Below are positions 29,635 through 37,538 of a stretch of DNA of 64,000 nucleotides, piece after piece (position 1 is the first letter of the stretch; each line of letters starts with the position of its first letter). Under the pieces are notes generated by a model. It was not told where the DNA came from, ran no database searches, and was given only the letters and a program-made list of their open reading frames with translations. This DNA comes from Planctomycetales bacterium (lineage in GTDB: Bacteria > Planctomycetota > Planctomycetia > Planctomycetales > Planctomycetaceae). The stretch covers positions 4,189 through 68,188 of the forward strand of contig JAPLOA010000065.1 in the NCBI GenBank assembly GCA_026400835.1, read 5' to 3'. The position numbers and the translations under genes were made by a program.

Positions 29635-30948
29635 TTATTCATCCGACTCTTCATCCGACTCTTCATCCGACTCTTCAGACATCTCTTCAGACATCTCTGC
29701 GTCCTCAGATTCTGCTGACTCTTCCTCTGCGGCATCGCTCTCGTCAAGGCCATTGCTGACAAACTTATCTTTACCACGAAATGCGATCGGCAGAATACCG
29801 CGATCTCGAGCCGCATCGATATCAATCAGCATGTATTCCGGTTCAGTCGTAGATGCCAATTTCTCTTGATGTTCTGCGAGACTGGTCGTCCCTGCGACTA
29901 CAGCACTCGAGAAGCTGGGCCACGACTCATCAAAACGATTTTCTTCGTCGACGGACGCTTCCAGCAAATCCATCGTGTCGTACTCTTCATCCTCTTCGAA
30001 GGCCGTCCCGAGCATCGTCGTTTCGATGGCCAGCATTCTCTCTTTCTGTTCATCAACATAGAACCCGACATAACAGTGCCCTGGAACAAGCACGAGGAAT
30101 GGCTCGATTCCAATTTTTCTAAGGGCCGAGGCAACCAGAACAGACCCATCCACGCAGTTCGCCTGAGAATTATTCAGGCTCTCTTCAATCAATCGGACAT
30201 GCTGGCAGGCAACCGAATGTGCCTTGACAGACGTAGCAGTAATACTGCTGTAGCGAACATCCCGTGTGACCAGCGCGTCCCAGATCGAATAGACCTGACG
30301 AATAACTTCAGCCTCACCCTGCTGATAACCACTGAAGCTTTCAACGACTCCGATATCGAGCGCCTCACGCAATAGCTTGTCGAGGAACGGATGCTGTTCA
30401 TTAACATAGGCGGCAAACGTAAAGCTCGTATTCAGAGCCAATTCGCCTTCCTGAACCAGGAACGGGCAATCATGGATGGGACGAAGCATCACCGTTGCTG
30501 TCTGCTCGCTGATATCACTTCCAATCTGCAATCGGAACGTCATCGACACTGGTGTCGCCTGAGTCACCTCGGCCAGTTTCGTGAAGCGATATTTGATCTT
30601 CGGGTAAACATGGTGCTCCTTACCCTTGTTCGTCAGCTTTCCGGAAAACTGACTGACCTCCATCACTTCATCACAAGTGATCGTGACTTTGACCTGCGTA
30701 TCTTTCTTCGGCGAAACGAATTTGATGCCCAGCAATCCATCGCGATCACCAATAATCACAGGAGCGGCAGGATCAACCTCCAGCCCTTCTTCCGGAGGAG
30801 CGGATTTCATCGAAGCGGTAGAGATAATAAACGACGGAAACAATTGCTGATCGAAAGCGATCAGTGGAGTAAAGTCTTCAGCAAGGGCGATGGACCCGGA
30901 AAGCAATATAATGACCAACGCCAAAAGAGTCAGAGATCTCCGCTTCAT
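29635..30948 (-). CDS. exported transglutaminase-like (papain-fold Cys/His) domain protein with poly-acidic C-terminal tail
   Basis: The track ORF (to 31260) overlaps the upstream gene, so I trimmed it to ATG 30948, which gives signal peptide MKRRSLTLLALVIILLSGSIALA. The NCVDGSVLVASALRKIGIEPFLVLVPGHCYVGFY...AIET pattern resembles the transglutaminase-like core (G.C..fs.l....lr..Gip.r.v..pgH). The tail reads DAAEEESAESEDAEMSEEMSEESDEESDEESDE. Confidence 0.6.
   Translation of the reverse strand: MKRRSLTLLALVIILLSGSIALAEDFTPLIAFDQQLFPSFIISTASMKSAPPEEGLEVDPAAPVIIGDRDGLLGIKFVSPKKDTQVKVTITCDEVMEVSQFSGKLTNKGKEHHVYPKIKYRFTKLAEVTQATPVSMTFRLQIGSDISEQTATVMLRPIHDCPFLVQEGELALNTSFTFAAYVNEQHPFLDKLLREALDIGVVESFSGYQQGEAEVIRQVYSIWDALVTRDVRYSSITATSVKAHSVACQHVRLIEESLNNSQANCVDGSVLVASALRKIGIEPFLVLVPGHCYVGFYVDEQKERMLAIETTMLGTAFEEDEEYDTMDLLEASVDEENRFDESWPSFSSAVVAGTTSLAEHQEKLASTTEPEYMLIDIDAARDRGILPIAFRGKDKFVSNGLDESDAAEEESAESEDAEMSEEMSEESDEESDEESDE
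29638..29697. repeat. in-frame 12-nt tandem repeats (3 x TTCATCCGACTC, 2 x TTCAGACATCTC)
   Basis: Read directly from the sequence. They encode the (ESDE)3 and (EMSE)2 units of the acidic tail on the minus strand. Confidence 0.95.
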
Positions 30949-30955
30949 GGTGTCG

Positions 30956-31858
30956 TTAACTCCGCCGATATTGAACCTGATTTCGTCCCGATGTCTTTGC
31001 GAGATAGAGCATCTGGTCGGCCGATTCCAACAGCGCTGTCGCATCGCAGACTGCATCGGCAGAGAACTCTGCCACACCAATGCTGACAGTGAGCGCAATT
31101 TGATCGCCGTCGAAGCAAACAGGACCATTTGACACTGCCGCTCGTATCTTCTCGGCAGTCTGCACGGCCTCTTCCGGACTCGTGTCGGCCATGACAAGCG
31201 TGAATTCTTCGCCTCCGTAGCGTGCCAGTAACTCGTCTCCCTCGAGAACCGATGCGACACGTCGGGAAAACTCTACCAGGACTGCATCCCCCGCCAGATG
31301 GCCGAACCGATCATTGACTGATTTGAAATGGTCGATGTCCATCATCAACACGCACATGGGAGACTGACGGCGACGAACTCGAACCAGTTCACGCTCCAGA
31401 GACTCCAGAAGAAATCGCTTATTGTGAACCTGCGTCAGCCCATCCGTGGTCATCATCTTGTAAACGGACTCATGATACTGTGCCTCAATGGAGCTGGCTG
31501 ACAAATACGTGAAGATTTGATTACCAAAACGCACTCGGTCACCAGGCTCAAGCCGCTTTGCCAGTACTCTTTGCTCATTGACCCATGTGCCATTGGTGCT
31601 TTCCAGATCCTGAACCAGATCGCCCTCTGGCGTGCTTTCAATCAGCGCGTGACGACGCGAAACGGATTCGTCCTCAATGCTGAGCTGAGCCAATGGATCG
31701 CGTCCCACCAGAACACGTCCGCCGGTCAATGTGACCAGTTGACCAAGTCCCTGCGAAGGATAGATCCGGACCAGACAGCCGGAAGAATCCGGTTCAGATT
31801 TTGGTGCCTGAGCAAACCTCGTTGGCAGCAACTCCTCCAGCATTTGAACTGACATCAT
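30956..31858 (-). CDS. FHA domain-containing diguanylate cyclase (FHA-GGDEF)
   Basis: 300 aa. FHA part: VLVGRDP...SVSRRHALI...DLESTNGTWVN. GGDEF part: MMDIDHFKSVNDRFGHLAGD...ARYGGEEFTLVM. Confidence 0.88.
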   Translation of the reverse strand: MMSVQMLEELLPTRFAQAPKSEPDSSGCLVRIYPSQGLGQLVTLTGGRVLVGRDPLAQLSIEDESVSRRHALIESTPEGDLVQDLESTNGTWVNEQRVLAKRLEPGDRVRFGNQIFTYLSASSIEAQYHESVYKMMTTDGLTQVHNKRFLLESLERELVRVRRRQSPMCVLMMDIDHFKSVNDRFGHLAGDAVLVEFSRRVASVLEGDELLARYGGEEFTLVMADTSPEEAVQTAEKIRAAVSNGPVCFDGDQIALTVSIGVAEFSADAVCDATALLESADQMLYLAKTSGRNQVQYRRS

Positions 31859-33504
31859 TCGTTTCCTTTCATCGGCTTAATTGGCTCTGCTGAAGGTTGT
31901 TTTGAATCGCTGTTCGCTGGATCAGAGCCTGGCTTTCCGGACATAAACTTGCCCGCCATTCGATTCAATACCCGTCCGGATTCAGCCGTCCGGAATGCTG
32001 TCGTTACGGTCTCAACATTAGGCAATTCTTCGATACTGTTAACCGCTGCATCGTCTGAATGTTCGTCCGCAACGGCAGCCACTTCCTGTTTAGTGTCGAT
32101 GGGTGCAGCGATCGAGGCTATGACGACAGTTGAAGGCGCGTTCGGTAATGCTGGAGAAGCCGCCGCCTCGGTCCTCTGTGTATTCGATTGCCCCGGAATG
32201 CCAGCAGCGAACACCAACAGTAAAGCACCCGCTCCAACAAAAGAATACAGATGTCTCCGGGAGAACCTCATCTTCTCTTCTCGATGAGAAACGCCTGACG
32301 TTCGCACTGGATTTGATGGCCCGGCCAAAGTGTGATCCGCTCTCAGAAACTCCACGACTTCATTGGCCGACTGAAAACGATCATCAGGCCGCTTCTGCAG
32401 CAAGCGCGCAAGCACCGTCTGCATGCGAGACGAAACTCTCAGCTCACCATTTGACAACGCCGGAGGCTCAAGAAAAAGATGACCATGAATCTTTGCCGGC
32501 ATACTACAAAACTGATCGCCGCTGTAAGGAACCTTCCCGGTCAACAGAAATAGAAGCGTGCAACCAAGGCTGTACAAGTCACTACGATGATCGGCCATTC
32601 GTCCATCGGCCGCCTGCTCCGGAGACAGAAAATCGATCGTGCCCATCAACAGGCCGGGACAAGTCACATCCGTCGAATGTTGCTGACTGCGAACGAGACC
32701 AAAATCCAGAATTCGCACAACGCCATGTTCGTCCACAATCAGATTCGACGGCTTGATGTCTCTGTGAACAAAACCATGCGAGTGCGCATGAGCAAGTCCA
32801 GCGGCCACTTGCTGTAGAATGTCACAGACCTGCTCTTCGCTCAGAGGACCATCGTCGGCCACAACATGAGACAGGTCTTTCCCGGCAACAAGTTCCGTCA
32901 CCAGATAATGAACACCATTGACGCACCCGGCATCCACAGCACTCACAATGTTGGGATGACTCAGCCGCCCCAGGCTTTCGATCTCTAGCTGAAATCGATG
33001 AGTCCCCTCGGAGGACGTCCGAGCTGGCGCAGCCATAAACTTCATCGCGAACTGTTTGCCAAGCGTCTCATGTTTTCCAACGAAGACCTGCCCCATTCCT
33101 CCGGAACCAATTCTCGGCCCCAGAACATAATGCCCCAGACGAAGCCCCGTCAGATCAGTGCGGTTCAGATCGGCAGCAGTGAGAGATGGATGAGAACTCT
33201 GGCTCTGTAACGCAGGGCCATTCGCACGAACAGCGCCATCCAATGCAGACTCGCGAGGCGGCTTGAACGCACGCGTCGATTCTGGAGTCCGTAAACCACG
33301 AAGTTCGGACACGTGCACCGGCCCTGATCTGCCACAGCGACGACGTTTTTCAACGGCAATCACCGGATACTGCGAGTCGCCGAGAGGATGCGACGTAAAA
33401 TAGCTTCGCGCAACCATAGGACGCGACTGCACACTTGCCTTCAGATTTCTGTTGTCGCAACAGTGAATCGTGGCTCTACACTCGTCACAGGATGCGCGAC
33501 TCAA
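31855..33504 (-). CDS. Hanks-type Ser/Thr protein kinase, single-pass membrane
   Basis: Motifs IGSGGMGQVFVG, FAMKF, HRDIKPSNLIV, DFGL and SPEQ. TM helix LYSFVGAGALLLVFAAGIPG followed by a ~115-aa low-complexity tail. Its stop overlaps the FHA-GGDEF start. The start is uncertain (33504 or ATG 33417). Confidence 0.88.
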   Translation of the reverse strand: MSRASCDECRATIHCCDNRNLKASVQSRPMVARSYFTSHPLGDSQYPVIAVEKRRRCGRSGPVHVSELRGLRTPESTRAFKPPRESALDGAVRANGPALQSQSSHPSLTAADLNRTDLTGLRLGHYVLGPRIGSGGMGQVFVGKHETLGKQFAMKFMAAPARTSSEGTHRFQLEIESLGRLSHPNIVSAVDAGCVNGVHYLVTELVAGKDLSHVVADDGPLSEEQVCDILQQVAAGLAHAHSHGFVHRDIKPSNLIVDEHGVVRILDFGLVRSQQHSTDVTCPGLLMGTIDFLSPEQAADGRMADHRSDLYSLGCTLLFLLTGKVPYSGDQFCSMPAKIHGHLFLEPPALSNGELRVSSRMQTVLARLLQKRPDDRFQSANEVVEFLRADHTLAGPSNPVRTSGVSHREEKMRFSRRHLYSFVGAGALLLVFAAGIPGQSNTQRTEAAASPALPNAPSTVVIASIAAPIDTKQEVAAVADEHSDDAAVNSIEELPNVETVTTAFRTAESGRVLNRMAGKFMSGKPGSDPANSDSKQPSAEPIKPMKGNE

Positions 33505-33748
33505 CCTTCGACAATGGCCGACGACTTCGGCTCATCGGAAGATCAACGGTCCATCATGGGTAGAAAACCCCCGGCTGGTGCGAATGAACAGGTTTATTCT
33601 GTGCGCGACCACGATTGAGGGAATGATAAATCCCGCGAACACCCGGCCTCTGTTGATGCCGTTCAAACAATAGTCCGAACCCATCCTCAGCCGTTGCTCA
33701 ACCGCACCCGTATTCGAAGCACGCACAAACTTTCACCAATGAGATCCT

Positions 33749-34744
33749 CTACTTCGCCATCGTTTCCAGAAGCGCTGTGAGAGACGCAACACCTTCGGAG
33801 CTGCCAAACGCAAACAGATTGTCGCCAGGCTCAATCACCAAATGGCCGGGAGGTGGAAAAATCTTCTGACCGTTGGACTTCCTGACGCCCAGCAACATGA
33901 TCCCGGAGTCGCGCAGCCCTGATTCACTGAGCTTTCTTCCGACAAGGGCTGAATGAGCCGGAACCTGAACGTCGGCAATCTCCCAGTCGACACCTTCCGA
34001 CTCAGCCACCTCGACAAAGTTCTCGATGCTTGGCGACAACATAAACCGCGCCATTCGAATCGCACCGGAACTCAATGGGTTCATCACGCGAGTCGCTCCA
34101 GCCTGCATCATCTTTTGCGCAGCCCGATCATCACTGGCCCGCGCCACAATCTGCAGCTTTGGACACAAGAGACGTGCGGATAGCACAACATAGAGATTGT
34201 CGGCATCCGTTGGCAAAACCGTGGTGAGTCCACGAGCCGTTTTGATACCCGCACGAGTCAGGATCTCGTCATGAGACGCGTCGCCACAAATATACTTCCA
34301 GTGTCGAGCCCGAAAGTCTTCGTTGAAGACAGACGGATTGTCGTCAACAACCACAAATGGCGTATGCCGTGTTTCAAGGTACTCACACAGCGTCGCACCC
34401 ATTCTTCCGAAACCACAAACGATGAAGTGATCCTTCAGCAACCCGATGTCTTTTTCCATTTTTCGTCGCTCCAACAGAGCCTGCAAATCCGTGTTCATCA
34501 GGATCTGACCAAACTGAACAGCCCCGTAGGTCACAACCCCGATGCCACAGGTCAAATAGCCCATGATGAAGATCTTGGTGCCATCAGTCAGAGGAGAAGG
34601 CTCACGACAGCCAACGGTCGTCAGCAGAATTATGCACTGGTAGAAACAGTCGAGAAGTTTCTGCCCCGTGAGTATGTGCAGCCCGATGCCGCCAATCAGC
34701 AGCAATGCCATAATCAGCATCGGTATCTGCAGCAGTCGTCGCAT
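33749..34744 (-). CDS. 2-TM pore-loop ion channel with RCK (TrkA-N/TrkA-C) gating domain and a non-canonical filter
   Basis: 331 aa. TM1, pore helix, TTVGCRE and TM2, then IVCGFGRMG Rossmann (TrkA-N) and a C-terminal TrkA-C-like region. MthK-like architecture. Confidence 0.8.
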   Translation of the reverse strand: MRRLLQIPMLIMALLLIGGIGLHILTGQKLLDCFYQCIILLTTVGCREPSPLTDGTKIFIMGYLTCGIGVVTYGAVQFGQILMNTDLQALLERRKMEKDIGLLKDHFIVCGFGRMGATLCEYLETRHTPFVVVDDNPSVFNEDFRARHWKYICGDASHDEILTRAGIKTARGLTTVLPTDADNLYVVLSARLLCPKLQIVARASDDRAAQKMMQAGATRVMNPLSSGAIRMARFMLSPSIENFVEVAESEGVDWEIADVQVPAHSALVGRKLSESGLRDSGIMLLGVRKSNGQKIFPPPGHLVIEPGDNLFAFGSSEGVASLTALLETMAK

Positions 34745-34951
34745 GTCTCATCCCTGACTATCACGCCGAGCCAATCCATGGCTCGGCATCCACCGGGTGG
34801 GCCAATTCGTCCATCACAGGATGGCAACACCCGCCCCGTGGAAGTGTCGCGGAAGACTGCTGAAATGAACAGGCCATTTTTGATGCTGGAAACGCTCAAC
34901 TCAGCCTGAGAAAGGGCCATAACCAGGGTTCAACCCGATCAGCCGCAATTT

Positions 34952-35767
34952 CTATCGGGACGACGGTTTCGTCTTCGAAACCGACGCCTGCATCTGCTGT
35001 GCGAACTGGAGCACTGCGGCAGCGGCGGAAGTCACATCGGCGGCCTCGGCAATCTTTCGGACGATCGCCGAACCCACAATCACCCCATCTGCGACGCCTT
35101 CCAAACCTGCAACCTGATCAGGACTGCCAATCCCAAAGCCAACAGCAAGGGGCAGTTTTGACTGATTTCGCAGACTGCGGAGCTGCTCGATCAATTCACG
35201 AGGCAACTCAAGGCGTGCTCCTGTCGTCCCCGCAACGGAAATGCAGTAGAGGAAGCCCGTCGACGCGGCAAGAATCTGCTTCGTTCGCCGCTCGGTGGTA
35301 GTCGGAGCTATCAACTGAACAAGGTCCAACCCGTGAGCCTTTGCAAGTGCTGAAACATCGTCAGCTTCATCAGCCGGTAAATCCGGAATGATCAACCCGC
35401 TGAACCCTGCCTTCGCAGCATCCGCAACGAACGCCGCTGAACCATGCCGAAAGATAATCGCAAACGACACCATCGCCAGCACCGGCGGAAGTCCCTGTGA
35501 CTTCAGGGACTCCATCGTGCGAAAAATTCCATCAACCGTGATGCCCCTGTCTAACGCTCGCGTATACGACGCCTGAATCACCGGGCCATCAGCGATCGGA
35601 TCACTGTAAGGAAACCCCAGTTCGATCAGATCGACATGGGCATCCCGCAAGGCCAGCAGGACGGCTGCGGTCCCCTCCAGAGATGGATCACCGGCCGTAA
35701 CAAATGGCATGAACGCCATTCGGGATTCACCAGATGCGCGATTGAAAACTTCTGAGATACGAGACAT
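34952..35767 (-). CDS. trpA: tryptophan synthase alpha chain
   Basis: FMPFVTAGDPS, IELGFPYSDPIADGPVIQ and GFGI motifs. The ORF opens at 35788; ATG 35767 (MSRISEVF) is preferred. No trpB is adjacent. Confidence 0.92.
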   Translation of the reverse strand: MSRISEVFNRASGESRMAFMPFVTAGDPSLEGTAAVLLALRDAHVDLIELGFPYSDPIADGPVIQASYTRALDRGITVDGIFRTMESLKSQGLPPVLAMVSFAIIFRHGSAAFVADAAKAGFSGLIIPDLPADEADDVSALAKAHGLDLVQLIAPTTTERRTKQILAASTGFLYCISVAGTTGARLELPRELIEQLRSLRNQSKLPLAVGFGIGSPDQVAGLEGVADGVIVGSAIVRKIAEAADVTSAAAAVLQFAQQMQASVSKTKPSSR

Positions 35768-36222
35768 TGTCATTGACGCCCAGGACACTGAATCTTGAGA
35801 ACTGAATTATGTCAAACAGGAGTCCATTTTGACGAATTCACCTGTGCAGTTCACACAAAAAAATCGCACCATGGACAAGTTCAGGTCGAGCAGACTAACG
35901 CGGACCGATGGAAACTCCAACTCCGCACGCTGGATCCTTGAAAGGTGTCCGGGAATTAGCTGACAAATTCACCTTTTCACACCAAATTCCGGCCAAAGAT
36001 CGGCCTTTCAGAAGATCTTCGCAGGAGCTGTTCGAGGCCCTCCAGAGCTGCCGTTTGCATATCAGAGCCCATGACCCGGCCAAAAAATGTGCAGAGTACC
36101 CGTGACCTTGATGCAAACGAATCGGAAGCCGATATCCTATACCAGCACAGGGAGTAAACAACACCCTCCATAAGTACTGCCAATGCCAGGGGTAACGCCT
36201 CAAACCTGAATTCCATCCGCGT

Positions 36223-37197
36223 ATGACTCGAATTAGTAAACCCGACCGCAAAGAAATCTATCAAACGATCGTCTCGCGACTTTGTGGGTATCCGGAGTTC
36301 GCGATTGATGAAATCCGTGAATCCAGCGGCGGTGAGCATACAAAAATCACCGGCCTGATCGTGCAGACCCTTGTCAGGCAAGGATCGCTGCAACAAGTCG
36401 AGACCGAACAAGGTACTCGATTTCGCTGGAAGCAGGATCCTCGTAAGTTTGAAGTGACACCCTGGGTCGACTCACAGGTCCATGGCACTCAGATTACGGA
36501 AGCGCCCCTGGAAGAAAGGCCACGCGAACGTTTACTGCAACACGGCGCTTCAAATCTTAAGACTTCGGAACTGCTGGCTATTCTTATCCGTACCGGTCGC
36601 ACAGGTGAGTCCGCTTTACAGGCTGGCGAGAAGATTTCGACTCGCCTTGGTAACGGGCTTGAGAACCTGCCCGGGCTGGGTCCCAAAGAACTGAAGGGCT
36701 TCAGCATCGCCGTTAGTGAGCCCGCCTACTGTCAAATCATGGCCGGAGTTGAACTGGGGCGAAGAGTCGCGGCCGCCATGGACGAAGGCTTTCGCGATCG
36801 CATTCGCATCACCAGCCCGTCGACTGCGATACAGTTCTGCCTGAGTCGTTTTGGACGTCTGGCTAGAGAAGCACGACAGGAAGAATTTCACATGGTAACT
36901 CTGGACACAAAGAACCAGCCGATTGCCTCACATCAGATTACGGTGGGAACCCTGCGAAACAGTCTGGTTCACCCTCGCGAAGTCTTTCGACCGGCCATTC
37001 GAGACGCAGCCAACTGTATCATCGTGGTCCACAATCACCCGTCCGGCGATCCCACTCCCAGTGATCAGGACATCAGCGTGACGGAACGCCTGGAATCAGC
37101 AGCAGAAATCATTGGCATCCCGCTGATCGATCACATAGTGGTCGCCGGTGAAAAAGCTCTCAGCATTCAGGAATGGCGATCCGGAAATCGCTGGTGA
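36223..37197 (+). CDS. radC: RadC-like JAB/MPN domain protein (UPF0758) with N-terminal extension
   Basis: ERPRERLLQHGASNLKTSELLAILIRTG (HhH part) and VVHNHPSGDPTPSDQD (JAMM motif). About 95 extra N-terminal residues, with no alternative in-frame ATG/GTG/TTG near the canonical start. Confidence 0.85.
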   Translation: MTRISKPDRKEIYQTIVSRLCGYPEFAIDEIRESSGGEHTKITGLIVQTLVRQGSLQQVETEQGTRFRWKQDPRKFEVTPWVDSQVHGTQITEAPLEERPRERLLQHGASNLKTSELLAILIRTGRTGESALQAGEKISTRLGNGLENLPGLGPKELKGFSIAVSEPAYCQIMAGVELGRRVAAAMDEGFRDRIRITSPSTAIQFCLSRFGRLAREARQEEFHMVTLDTKNQPIASHQITVGTLRNSLVHPREVFRPAIRDAANCIIVVHNHPSGDPTPSDQDISVTERLESAAEIIGIPLIDHIVVAGEKALSIQEWRSGNRW

Positions 37198-37374
37198 TTT
37201 GCCGCCCGATGGTCTGCTTCAGGGCGACGCACAAATGAGTGGCTGCTTTTGAAGGGCGAAAGCAGGCACTTCAGATTATTCTTGATATCCCAATCCCTGC
37301 TTCATCCGATGCGCACCACACAAGCGCCGGATTGCATTCATCAAGCCATCAGTTGCTTCACATTGGCTACCAGT

Positions 37375-37437
37375 CTCTGTGCCTCCGTGCCTCTGTGAGA
37401 AAAGATTTACTCTCACGAAGGCACGGAGCACACAGAG
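37375..37437. repeat. REP-like long hairpin between convergent genes
   Basis: CTCTGTGCCTCCGTGCCTCTGTGAGA / TCTCACGAAGGCACGGAGCACACAGAG: imperfect arms of about 26 nt around a 10-nt loop. Confidence 0.6.
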
Positions 37438-37538
37438 GAAGTCCATTCGGCGACGAGGGCCGAGGGGAGATTGGATAGCTGAAACGAGAGGGAAATTGCG
37501 ACTCTCAAAATGAGAGTGAATCTTGCCTGAGCAAAGAC

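Noticed and set aside
30391-31086. 231-aa plus-strand ORF and neighbouring plus-strand ORFs (29853..30122, 29866..30375)
   Set aside because: Antisense to the transglutaminase-like and FHA-GGDEF genes. No motifs.
30949-31260. N-terminal 104 codons of track ORF 29635..31260
   Set aside because: They overlap the 3' part of the FHA-GGDEF gene in another frame. An internal ATG at 30948 gives a textbook signal peptide 7 nt after the upstream stop, so I trimmed the gene.
34952-35767. trpA without adjacent trpB as a possible anomaly
   Set aside because: Dispersed trp genes are common outside model organisms, and the gene looks intact, so this is not informative on its own.
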